This document shows positions 38,308 to 46,706 of a stretch of DNA of 64,000 bases, piece after piece. The notes beneath the pieces were generated by a model that was given only the letters and a program-made list of their open reading frames with translations, had not been told where the DNA came from and ran no database searches. Origin of the DNA: Patescibacteria group bacterium (GTDB taxonomy: Bacteria > Patescibacteriota > CPR2 > UBA1875); contig JAQVJW010000002.1 in assembly GCA_028694925.1 (NCBI GenBank), positions 9,797-73,796 on the forward strand. The letters run 5' to 3'. Each line of letters opens with the position of its first letter. The first letter of the stretch is position 1. Position numbers and translations under genes: made by a program.

Positions 38308-39292
38308 TACCGAGTGCTCCTAGCTCATAATAGGCGAGGATTGCCAGCTTATATGTATTTACATCTACTGCCCTTAATGAGAGCGGGAATGAATGGTTAG
38401 CATTCAGTATTGCGTTCGCAAGAATTCTAGCAGTCCTTTTGTTACCATCATTAAAAGGCTGGAGGTAACATATATATACGAATGATATTAAGGCCCTTTC
38501 AAAGACATCTTTTTTTGAATTAATAACTTCGCAAAACCTTTCTATCTCCTCATTAATTTGATGCTTGTTATCAAGGGGTCGATATGCACTACCCGTGATG
38601 CCCACTAATCTCTCCCTTATTCCTGAATCAATAAGGTTTTCCGCTAAAATTTTATGAAGCTCTAGTATTAGCGACTTTGAAATCTTCCCCGCGAATAAGT
38701 CCTTGTTTTCTTCCGAAAATTCTAGTGCCTTCTTGTGATTTAAAATCATCTGGGTTTCGTCTTTAGTACGTCCGGGTGCCACAAGCCCTTCTTTTAATAA
38801 GGATTCGGTCTCTAAAAGAGTATAGGTGTTCCCTTCGATTTGGGAAGACTTCCATGAAAGCTCGATTGTGATTCTTTCACGTTCTCTTTTGAGGATATCT
38901 TTAGGAGCGCTCTGATACTTTGATTTGTAGATATTATTGTTTTTAATAAGATTCTTTTTCTCATTATTTGTGAAAAGATTATTTTCCTTTAACAAATCAA
39001 GCCTTTTAAAGTCGTAATTAATTCTTCCACGGTTCTCATTTTCAAAAAATTTCTGGAGTGTATTCTTTGAAAATTTTAACCCCAGGATACCTAATGGAGT
39101 TGGTTTATACTTAACAGCTCTTGCTTTTCCAGACTTTTCAACCAAGCCAAGCATAATAAGTTCATTTAAGTCTCTTTGCAGGGTTCTGGCTGTGAGTGAA
39201 TTAAACTCTGGTAACTCAAGAAAATCAGGTAGATTATCTACCCCAAACATTAACTGACCCATAATATTGTACTGCCTGTTTGATATTTCCAT
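38249..39292 (-). CDS. Fic-family protein with an N-terminal wHTH and a degenerate active-site motif (QPFNDGNKRTAR)
   Basis: Fic core with inhibitory motif SSQIEGN. The catalytic His and the second Gly of the motif are replaced (Q...K). Confidence 0.75.
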   Translation of the reverse strand: MEISNRQYNIMGQLMFGVDNLPDFLELPEFNSLTARTLQRDLNELIMLGLVEKSGKARAVKYKPTPLGILGLKFSKNTLQKFFENENRGRINYDFKRLDLLKENNLFTNNEKKNLIKNNNIYKSKYQSAPKDILKRERERITIELSWKSSQIEGNTYTLLETESLLKEGLVAPGRTKDETQMILNHKKALEFSEENKDLFAGKISKSLILELHKILAENLIDSGIRERLVGITGSAYRPLDNKHQINEEIERFCEVINSKKDVFERALISFVYICYLQPFNDGNKRTARILANAILNANHSFPLSLRAVDVNTYKLAILAYYELGALGNAKDVFISQAKYARENYAI

Positions 39293-39307
39293 ACTTTAAA
39301 TATATAG

Positions 39308-39356
39308 AGTATTGCGACATTTGTAAAGAGTATTGCGACATTATGTCGCAATACTC
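39308..39356. promoter_or_regulatory. Operator: 29-bp perfect palindrome GAGTATTGCGACAT-T-ATGTCGCAATACTC plus an upstream direct half-site, overlapping a TTTACA-17-TATATT promoter for the minus-strand Fic/SWIM operon
   Basis: Read directly. The -10 ends about 6 nt before the ATG at 39292 (minus strand), giving a leaderless transcript. Confidence 0.55.
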
Positions 39357-39427
39357 CCAAAAGTTACCAGTAATAACAATTAGTGCTTCATTAATGTTGG
39401 CAAATATATATGGACAATCGAGCAAAT

Positions 39428-39682
39428 CTATCCAATAATCCCCTTTATTTTCTCTAGGATTCCAAACTGAGTCTCAAGTAGATAAACTCCAACCAGAAGG
39501 GTAACAAAGAATCCAATTGTAATTACAGAGCCCCTAAGGTCACGGAAGATATATCTAAGTTGGGGGTTCTCGGTCTCGTGGGCCTTAACCTTGATCTCCC
39601 CTTTTGACTTTGAGGCTACGGCTAGCCTCTCTGGGTCTACGTGGGTAAAGCGATGTTTCTTTGGCTTCTTTTTCATAATCAT
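39428..39682 (-). CDS. Hypothetical tail-anchored small protein
   Basis: Basic N-terminus and a C-terminal TM helix. Confidence 0.3.
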   Translation of the reverse strand: MIMKKKPKKHRFTHVDPERLAVASKSKGEIKVKAHETENPQLRYIFRDLRGSVITIGFFVTLLVGVYLLETQFGILEKIKGIIG

Positions 39683-39720
39683 ATTTTACCCTCTCTTGCT
39701 GTTCTTTACAAAAAAACAAT

Positions 39721-40230
39721 ATGTTTGATATAATAGTCAGGCACATGTTGGATACAACTCCTCTTATTGCAGGTGGGATTATAATCACGGTCATCATGGG
39801 GTGGCTTATTTTTTTAACGATTAAGCTCCAGGGTCTTAGGAAAAAGGGCGAAATTATCTTTTCTGATAAGGATCCTGAAAAAATCAGTAAGCTGATTGAA
39901 CGGTACTTTGAGAGTATTAAAGTAGTTGATAAGAATAACAAGAAGCTTGAGCGTACCCTAAAGGAGACCAAAGAGCTCGCCGAGCTTTCTGTTAACAAGG
40001 TAGCCCTGCTTCGCTACAACCCATTTGGAGATGTTGGTAGTGATCAAAGCTTCTCGCTTTGTCTTCTAAATAGTCATGAAGATGGTTTTGTGATATCATC
40101 AATCCACTCAAGAGAAGGTACAAGGGTTTATTCAAAGTCCGTTCAGGGTGGAGTTTCGCGCTACAATCTTTCGCGTGAAGAAGAGAGGGCCATCAGACTC
40201 GCAATAGGTAAAGACAAAAAAGATAAATAA
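39721..40230 (+). CDS. DUF4446-like protein
   Basis: N-terminal TM helix, then VALLRYNPFGDVGSDQSFSLCLLN...SSIHSREGTRVYSK...RYNLSREEERAIRLA, which resembles DUF4446. Confidence 0.45.
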   Translation: MFDIIVRHMLDTTPLIAGGIIITVIMGWLIFLTIKLQGLRKKGEIIFSDKDPEKISKLIERYFESIKVVDKNNKKLERTLKETKELAELSVNKVALLRYNPFGDVGSDQSFSLCLLNSHEDGFVISSIHSREGTRVYSKSVQGGVSRYNLSREEERAIRLAIGKDKKDK

Positions 40231-40277
40231 TTAACAGGGCCGCAGGTCGGCGTGGGGTATATCCCCGGGAGAGAAAA

Positions 40278-40700
40278 ATGTTTGAAAAGGGTCGGGAAGA
40301 AATCGTAAAATCAGGAAGCTCGGAGACAATTGTTGGGGCTTCAGTCAAACTTAAAGGTAACCTTAAAAGCGATGGTGATGTTTTAATTGAGGGAGTTGTC
40401 ACTGGTGACCTTAAAACAAAAGGTTCGGTTAAGGTCGGGGAGGCCGCGAGTGTGGTGGCGAACGTTAAGGCCGAGAATATCGTTATCGCCGGGAGTGTTC
40501 AGGGGAATATCGAGATAAAAGATAGGCTTGAGATTACATCAACCGGAAGGGTGGTTGGAGACATTGTCACAAACGTCCTCTCAATCGCGCCGGGAGCTGT
40601 GTTTACCGGAAAATGTAGTATGCCAGATAGCCCAAGGGATGAGGTAGTAGAGCCAACGGCTGAAATCGAAGAAACAGAAGAAGAAAAAGAAGAGAAATAA
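40278..40700 (+). CDS. Bactofilin (polymer-forming cytoskeletal protein, DUF583)
   Basis: Repetitive beta-helical G/V-rich core (VKVGEAASVVANVKAENIVIAGSVQGNIEI) and an acidic tail. Confidence 0.8.
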   Translation: MFEKGREEIVKSGSSETIVGASVKLKGNLKSDGDVLIEGVVTGDLKTKGSVKVGEAASVVANVKAENIVIAGSVQGNIEIKDRLEITSTGRVVGDIVTNVLSIAPGAVFTGKCSMPDSPRDEVVEPTAEIEETEEEKEEK

Positions 40701-40711
40701 GTCTAAGGTTA

Positions 40712-41587
40712 ATGTACTACTATATCGTAAATCCGGCAGCGGGGGGATCGAAGATTGATAAAATTCAGGATAAGCTCAAATCAAGGCTTCGTGACCTTGG
40801 TATTATGGGAGATTTCGTCAAAAGTACTGGCCCGGAGGATGTGGCAAAGCTCGCTAGGATGGGAGTCGAGAAGGGCTACAAAACAATAGTAGCCGTTGGG
40901 GGCGATGGCACGATAAACGAGGTCTTAAACGAGATAATCGGGAATGAAAAGGTTGTTCTTGGGATTATTCCAACCGGAACCACGAATGACCTGGCCGATG
41001 CGCTTGGAATTAAGGGTTGGTATGCTGCTACAGGAATCCTGGCCTCAAGGAAAGTTGAGGAGATTGATCTTGGGAAGGTGGCCGGCAGGTATTTTGTAAC
41101 CTCGGTCTCGCTTGGGTTTGACGCTGAATTTGCGAGTGTCAGGAGACTCGCGCGTGGTAATGCTTTTGATAAGGCTCGGTTCCAAACAAAACTTCTTTCA
41201 AAATCAGCTTCTTTTAAGCCGATTCATGCCCATATTAAGTTTGATAATAATTACGAGGTCGAGGCGGATTGCTTTAGCATTATTATCTCAAACTCAAAGT
41301 TTTTCCCGGTAAAGATGGTCAAGACGGCCCCTAAGGATAATCTTCTTGATACCGTTGTCATCACCAAAATCCCTGGGTACAAGATGCTTAAATACGGTTA
41401 TCTTTCGGATGCTTCGACAATCGAGCTTCCCAAAATATCAGTATTCCATTCAAAGACAATCGAGATCGAGACTAAAAAGCCAAAAGAAGTAGCAGCTGAT
41501 GGCCAGGTAGTTACTGAAACACCAACAAAGATCAAGATGGCCGATAAAAAATTAAAGGTTATTGTCTCAAGGAAAAGAAAGTTCTAA
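40712..41587 (+). CDS. Diacylglycerol kinase-family lipid kinase (YegS/BmrU-like)
   Basis: AVGGDGTINEV signature, plus the IIPTGTTND motif. Confidence 0.8.
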   Translation: MYYYIVNPAAGGSKIDKIQDKLKSRLRDLGIMGDFVKSTGPEDVAKLARMGVEKGYKTIVAVGGDGTINEVLNEIIGNEKVVLGIIPTGTTNDLADALGIKGWYAATGILASRKVEEIDLGKVAGRYFVTSVSLGFDAEFASVRRLARGNAFDKARFQTKLLSKSASFKPIHAHIKFDNNYEVEADCFSIIISNSKFFPVKMVKTAPKDNLLDTVVITKIPGYKMLKYGYLSDASTIELPKISVFHSKTIEIETKKPKEVAADGQVVTETPTKIKMADKKLKVIVSRKRKF

Positions 41588-41642
41588 AGAACTTTACATA
41601 AAGGCAAAAATTTGTTAAAATTTCACGAGAGGTAGTCAAAAG

Positions 41643-42149
41643 ATTCAAACGGTAAGGATAAACGAAAATATAAGAGCGCCGAAAGTAAGGCTAATAGACG
41701 AAAACGGAAACCAAGTTGGTGTCGTTAGTCGCAAGGAGGCGCTTTTTGCGGCCGAACAGGCAGGCCTTGACCTTGTTGAGGTATCCTCAGGCGATACTCC
41801 GGTTTGTAAGATTTTAGACTACGGTAAATATAAATACGAGCAAGATAAGAAGAGTCAAAAGTCCAAAAAGGCTCAAAAATCCCAAGAAATGAAGATTATT
41901 AGGCTATCGGTCAAGATCGGTAAACATGATTTTGATACTAAAGCCAAAAAAGCTAAAAAGTTCATCGAAAAGGGACATAAATTATCACTCGAACTTAGAT
42001 TTAAAGGAAGAGAAATGGTCCATAAGGACCTTGGAGAGAAGGTATTAAGAGATTTTGCAACTGAGCTAGGGGACATTCGGGTTGACCAGGAACCAAAACT
42101 AGCGGGCCGCAGCATCTCGATGGTCGTTTCTCCCGGAAAAAAGAGTTAA
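41643..42149 (+). CDS. infC: Translation initiation factor IF-3
   Basis: INENIRAPKVRLIDENGNQVGVV...PVCKILDYGKYKYEQ...LRFKGREMVHKDLGEKVL. The frame opens after a TAA at 41616-41618 and has no in-frame ATG before the conserved N-domain, so a non-AUG start (ATT 41643 or ATA 41658) is likely. The 5' coordinate is approximate. Confidence 0.75.
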   Translation: MQTVRINENIRAPKVRLIDENGNQVGVVSRKEALFAAEQAGLDLVEVSSGDTPVCKILDYGKYKYEQDKKSQKSKKAQKSQEMKIIRLSVKIGKHDFDTKAKKAKKFIEKGHKLSLELRFKGREMVHKDLGEKVLRDFATELGDIRVDQEPKLAGRSISMVVSPGKKS

Positions 42150-42150
42150 G

Positions 42151-42351
42151 ATGAAAAAGATTAAACAAAAAACACACAGTGGAGCAAAAAAGCGTTTTAA
42201 GGTTACCGGAACCGATAAATTACGAAGACGCTCGGCTTTTGGTTCTCATCTGCTTGAGAAGAAAGATAAGGAACAGAAGAGGCGCTACCGAAAAGATCTT
42301 AAAGTAGCTTCAGGGGACAAGAAAAACGTTAAAAAGATGCTTGGAATGTAA
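42151..42351 (+). CDS. rpmI: 50S ribosomal protein L35
   Basis: SGAKKRFKVTGTDKLRRR. Confidence 0.85.
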   Translation: MKKIKQKTHSGAKKRFKVTGTDKLRRRSAFGSHLLEKKDKEQKRRYRKDLKVASGDKKNVKKMLGM

Positions 42352-42373
42352 TAGTTAAAGAAAGAATATTAAG

Positions 42374-42727
42374 ATGCGAGTAAAAACAGGAACAACATCA
42401 AAGCAAAGACATAAAAAACTCCTTAAGGGTACTAAGGGAATGCGCGATATGCGAAGCCGAAGTGTTAGACGCGCTAAAGAGGCAACTCTAAAATCTGGTG
42501 CTAATGCCTACATCGGCCGAAAAAATAAAAAACGTGATTTTAGAAGCCTTTGGAACACCCGGATTAATGCTGCAGCCAGGGAGCATGGGCTTAGTTACTC
42601 TCGATTTATCTCGGGCCTTAAGAAGAATAAGATTGAACTTGATCGAAAAGTACTTGCAGAGATTGCTGCCGAAAAACCAGAAGTCTTCGCTGAGATCGCA
42701 AAAAAGGCTAAAAGTGAAAATAGCTGA
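42374..42727 (+). CDS. rplT: 50S ribosomal protein L20
   Basis: KKRDFRSLWNTRINAAAREHGLSYSRFISGLKK. Confidence 0.9.
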   Translation: MRVKTGTTSKQRHKKLLKGTKGMRDMRSRSVRRAKEATLKSGANAYIGRKNKKRDFRSLWNTRINAAAREHGLSYSRFISGLKKNKIELDRKVLAEIAAEKPEVFAEIAKKAKSENS

Positions 42728-42893
42728 AGTAAAGTGTAAGGACTGTGGGGCAAAATATGAAGTACTTGAGAACTTCCCGAAAGAACTTTTGGTATGTCCT
42801 TCTTGTGAGAGCCGGGATATAGACTTTAAGGTAACCGAGAGAGAATTTGAAGGTTGTGGTGGATCTTGTTCCGATTGTTCGTCTTGTAGCTAA
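42714..42893 (+). CDS. FmdB-family zinc-ribbon protein (GTG start)
   Basis: VKIAEVKCKDCGAKYEVLENF...CPSCESRD...GCGGSCSDCSSCS, with the C-rich tail typical of FmdB. Overlaps the rplT stop. Confidence 0.5.
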   Translation: MKIAEVKCKDCGAKYEVLENFPKELLVCPSCESRDIDFKVTEREFEGCGGSCSDCSSCS

Positions 42894-42920
42894 GGGAATA
42901 TAAAAAGAAAATGTAGATGT

Positions 42921-42950
42921 CAAAAAAGACTTCGGATGAAGTCTTTTTTG
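42921..42950. terminator. Bidirectional rho-independent terminator
   Basis: AAAAAGACTTC-ggat-GAAGTCTTTTTT with U-tracts on both strands. It ends the rplT operon on the plus strand and rnpB on the minus strand. Confidence 0.55.
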
Positions 42951-43322
42951 AATGCTTAGTTAGCCTATAAGCCGGGTTCTGTCGGGGACATTCATCTATC
43001 TATGCGACAGGACCAACTATACCCGCGTTAGATTACGCTGAAGGACCTTCTTCTAAGAGATTCCCCTAAGAAAAAGCATAACTTCCAGATACAGTGGCCC
43101 ACCTGTCTTGCACCGAATAGGGTTTACCGCTACATATTGTCACCAATATGTACTGTGAGCTCTTACCTCACTCTTTTCACCTTTACCACGCAAGCGTGGC
43201 AGTATTGTCTCTGTGGCACTTTCCCGAGCCTTACGACTGGTTGTGTTTCACAACTATTCTTATCTATGGTGCCCGGACTTTCCTCTGCACGAGGCAGCGA
43301 ATGTCCAGCTAACTAAGCAACC
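42948..43322 (-). ncRNA. rnpB: RNase P RNA (bacterial type A)
   Basis: The reverse complement contains GAGGAAAGTCCGGGC (CR-I), AAAGGTGAAA...GGTAAGAGCTCAC (CR-IV) and GACAGAACCCGGCTTAT (CR-V). The P1 helix is GCUUAGUUAGC/GGCUAACUAAGC. End coordinates are approximate (within about 10 nt). Confidence 0.75.
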
Positions 43323-43405
43323 CAATAGTATCATAAATCCCGCTCTTGTCAAGGGTGAAGATTGCCAAAAGAATAAGTTTAGACTAAAATATTGATGGAG
43401 GGAAT

Positions 43406-44332
43406 TTGCAAGAATCAGAAATTAGAAAAGATTACTTTTTGGAAAAATATGTCATTATTGCTCCAAAAAGGCTCAAGAAACCAGAGAAAATTTATCAAAA
43501 ACCAGAGACTAAGGTAGAATCTTGTGTTTTTTGTGCCCCCGATGTCGATGACCCCCAAAAACAAATTCAGGTTAAGGATTATTATCTCGAAGGTGGCAAG
43601 TGGGGGGTTAAGGTAATTGGCAATCTCTTTCCAGCCCTCTCGCTTAATAATATCAAAGCCTACGGTGAGCAGGAGATTGTGATTGAGACAAGAAAGCATG
43701 GGATTGAGATCCACGAGCTTTCGGTTGATGAAATAGTTAAGGTATTTGATGTCTATACGGACCGCTATAATACCTTAATGGAAAAAGACGGGATATGTTA
43801 CACGATAGTTTTTAAGAATGAGGGTGGTAAGGCTGGGGCCTCAATTCCCCATTCACACTCACAGATTATCTCACTTCCAATAATTCCGCCAAAGATTGCC
43901 GAAGAATCAGCCGCAATGGATAAATACATCGATGAACATGGAAGTTGTCCATATTGTGACATTATAAAAAGTGAGAAGGGCGGTCCCCGGGTCATTGCTG
44001 AGGATGAGCATATATTTGTTCTGGCTCCGTATGCCTCTGAGTCTCCTTATGGCGCTTGGTTTTTGCCAAAAAGGCATATTAGAAATATTAATGATCTTCA
44101 TGAAAACGAAAAGAAGTCCTTGGCAAATTTTCTAAAAAAGATCCTAACTAAGCTTGAGGAGATTGATGCCCCTTATAATTACTTTATCCAGAACTCACTA
44201 GATCTTGAGTCACACCACTTTATCTTAAAGCTGGCCCCAAGACCTAATATCTGGGCTGGACTTGAACTTGGAACGGGAATAATTATAAATCCCGTTTCAC
44301 CAGAAGAAGCCACCAAATTTTATCGAGGATAA
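43406..44332 (+). CDS. galT: Galactose-1-phosphate uridylyltransferase-like protein (GalT, HIT superfamily)
   Basis: CVFC zinc motif, the HSHSQII (HxHxQ) active site and a second half-domain CPYC. Confidence 0.65.
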   Translation: MQESEIRKDYFLEKYVIIAPKRLKKPEKIYQKPETKVESCVFCAPDVDDPQKQIQVKDYYLEGGKWGVKVIGNLFPALSLNNIKAYGEQEIVIETRKHGIEIHELSVDEIVKVFDVYTDRYNTLMEKDGICYTIVFKNEGGKAGASIPHSHSQIISLPIIPPKIAEESAAMDKYIDEHGSCPYCDIIKSEKGGPRVIAEDEHIFVLAPYASESPYGAWFLPKRHIRNINDLHENEKKSLANFLKKILTKLEEIDAPYNYFIQNSLDLESHHFILKLAPRPNIWAGLELGTGIIINPVSPEEATKFYRG

Positions 44333-44373
44333 CAAAAAGCACCATCTGGTGCTCTTTGTTACTTGAACTCTTT

Positions 44374-45039
44374 TTATTTTAAGTTCTTTCGAAGCCTTTC
44401 GATTACGTCTCGTGCTGCATCCTGACCACCGAGTCCAAAGGCAAGGCCACCAGCGATCGCAATAAGGACAACAACCCCAGTAATGAGGGTGTTTATGATC
44501 TCGGTTGCGATACCAAGCTGACTTAGAGCGACAAGAATCGCAAAGACGATAATAGCCCAGCGAGTAATGTCGGCGACTACTGCGGCAGTTTTTGCTCCGA
44601 TTGTTTGGGCCGTTGCTTCAACGGCACGTGAAGCAAGGTCTGCAAGAACGGCACCAACCATCAAGATAACCGCGGCCACAAGAACATGTGGTAAGTATGC
44701 GACAAGTCCCTTAACGATATCATTTACGCCTGCAAGGCCAAGGATATCAAGGGCTGGGATCAAGAAAACTATAATGGTAATCCATTTAACCAAATCGCCA
44801 AGTAGCTCCACTAAGTCTTCTTTTGTCTTGAATACTTTGTTAAGTCCGATTGCTTCTGTGTAAGGCTTAACTTTAATAAATCTCAAAGCCTTAACAACAA
44901 CTGTCTTAAGTGTCCATCCAACGAGAACACCTAATAAAATAACGACTACGGCACCGATCACTTCTGGGACATACCCAGCCACGTCTCTAAGAGACTGTGA
45001 AACGGCATCAGTCGTTAGGTTCCACCAATCTGCTACCAT
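44374..45039 (-). CDS. Membrane protein with repeated conserved TM helices (MscS-associated TM_helix-like)
   Basis: Multi-TM with repeated hydrophobic segments rich in VLA and with charged caps. Weak assignment. Confidence 0.35.
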   Translation of the reverse strand: MVADWWNLTTDAVSQSLRDVAGYVPEVIGAVVVILLGVLVGWTLKTVVVKALRFIKVKPYTEAIGLNKVFKTKEDLVELLGDLVKWITIIVFLIPALDILGLAGVNDIVKGLVAYLPHVLVAAVILMVGAVLADLASRAVEATAQTIGAKTAAVVADITRWAIIVFAILVALSQLGIATEIINTLITGVVVLIAIAGGLAFGLGGQDAARDVIERLRKNLK

Positions 45040-45235
45040 ATTTATTCACCTCCTTTCACATTTGATTAGAGGCTTCAAAAGGCATATTGCCTACCCTCCA
45101 CTCCGAAGGCCCCCACTACAATCATTCTACCAAAATTAGTGGCCCTGTGACAAGGACTATCTTATAAAAAGAAAATTTAGATAATATAACAATGCATCTT
45201 AATACTAAATTTGTAATAGTATTAACGGTGGTAAA

Positions 45236-45508
45236 ATGTTAGTCGAAATATTTACATGGGTAGCAGTTGGGATCATAGCGGGTCTTTTTGTTGGTTTATC
45301 CTATCCCGGACCAAAGAATGTAAAGAACATCATAGGTTCAATAATGGCTGGAGTCTTTGGTGCTTCGGTGGCTGGAGCAATCTATAAGGCGGTAGAAATC
45401 AGTGAAATTACCCTTAACTTTGGTTTCGGTACGGTACTACTGTTTATCTTGGCTGTCCTTATCTTTGGCGTTATAACAACGGCGTCGTCGAAGATAGGGA
45501 ATGATTAA
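45236..45508 (+). CDS. GlsB/YeaQ/YmgE-family stress-response membrane protein
   Basis: 90 aa with three TM segments and the glycine-zipper pattern typical of this family. Confidence 0.55.
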   Translation: MLVEIFTWVAVGIIAGLFVGLSYPGPKNVKNIIGSIMAGVFGASVAGAIYKAVEISEITLNFGFGTVLLFILAVLIFGVITTASSKIGND

Positions 45509-45515
45509 GTCTTTA

Positions 45516-46706
45516 CTAGCAGTTCTTGTCTGAGTTCCCAAAGAGCATCAGGCCGAGCTTCATCTCAACGGCATCAGAAAAGTTTCTCGGGTCGAGCCCA
45601 ATTTCCTTTTTAATCTTATCAAGTCGATAGATCAGGGTATTTCTATGGACATGAAGCTTTTTAGCAGCATCGGTTAGGTTCATGTTCGAAGAAAGAAAGA
45701 TTGAAACAGTTCTTTTGAGGTCCTTGTCGGTGAGGATTTCCCCTAATATTTGATGGGCAAGCTCACACCTTCTTTCATAGGATACATTTTGGGAAAAGGA
45801 TGCAAACATTCCCACATCTGTAATATGATAGCTTCGGCTAGGGCCCCAAAGTTTTTCGCCAAGATCTAAAGCGATTTGAGCATCATTGTATGACTTTCTA
45901 AGACCCGAGAGTCCCGGATAATACTGACCAACCCCAACTATTACCGGAAGACCTGTCTCCTTTTCGAAGGTTTTTCTTATATATTCAGCCTTCTCTTTAT
46001 AGAATTTGATTGTATTTGTGGTACTTATGGGTCCTTTAGCCCATTTTAGGACCGCAAAAAGGTCTGGCTCCAGACAAGTTATGATATTTTGATCATAGCC
46101 ACGGAAGGACTCAAGTATTTTTGAACTTAATTTATGGCATTTTTTAGTAACGTGGCTGATGCGGTTATCAAAGGAGCGTTGCATGCCCTCGTCATGCCAA
46201 TGCTTAAAAAGCCCAGGTACTCGAACAAGAATTATAGCTTGGGGGGCCCTCAGGTTGACCCCAATGATATCACCTCGATCAATTGCTTCTTCAAGGTTTT
46301 TTATCTTATCGCTAAGGAGAAGTTCTTTTACAAAATTACTCTTAGGGTCGGCTTGTGATTCGGTTTGTTCTCTTAGGAATAGTTCATACTTAATTTCATT
46401 AAAGAGACCCTCGATTAGACCAATCTCAGCTGTCGGCTTTTCTTTTGCCTTAATCCCAATTACAGCAATTGTCTTTGACTCAAGAATAAGGGGTATCCAA
46501 TACACTTTATTATCCCCAACAATTTTTTGTTTTTGAGCCGCGGTTTTTGCCTTCTCGTAATATTCTTTTTTACCTCCATATTCGATACCAAGCCTGCCGG
46601 TAACCGCAAAGATATTAGGGATTGCTCCTTCTTTAAGGTATTTAAGAAGGATCTGCTTGACGTCCTTTTCCTTGATAAACTCTTTTTTAGCCATTGTACC
46701 TCGCAA
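45516..46706 (-). CDS. CdaR/PucR-family transcriptional regulator
   Basis: C-terminal PucR HTH (TDAAKKLHVHRNTLIYRLDKIKKEIGLDPRNF). Confidence 0.65.
   Translation of the reverse strand: MRGTMAKKEFIKEKDVKQILLKYLKEGAIPNIFAVTGRLGIEYGGKKEYYEKAKTAAQKQKIVGDNKVYWIPLILESKTIAVIGIKAKEKPTAEIGLIEGLFNEIKYELFLREQTESQADPKSNFVKELLLSDKIKNLEEAIDRGDIIGVNLRAPQAIILVRVPGLFKHWHDEGMQRSFDNRISHVTKKCHKLSSKILESFRGYDQNIITCLEPDLFAVLKWAKGPISTTNTIKFYKEKAEYIRKTFEKETGLPVIVGVGQYYPGLSGLRKSYNDAQIALDLGEKLWGPSRSYHITDVGMFASFSQNVSYERRCELAHQILGEILTDKDLKRTVSIFLSSNMNLTDAAKKLHVHRNTLIYRLDKIKKEIGLDPRNFSDAVEMKLGLMLFGNSDKNC

Noticed and set aside
39234-39425. 63-aa minus-strand ORF over the palindromic operator
   Set aside because: It spans the promoter/operator of the Fic operon and overlaps the Fic start. 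It is an artefact.
43213-43395. 60-aa ORF on the plus strand
   Set aside because: It lies entirely within the RNase P RNA gene on the opposite strand, so it is an artefact of the structured GC-rich RNA.
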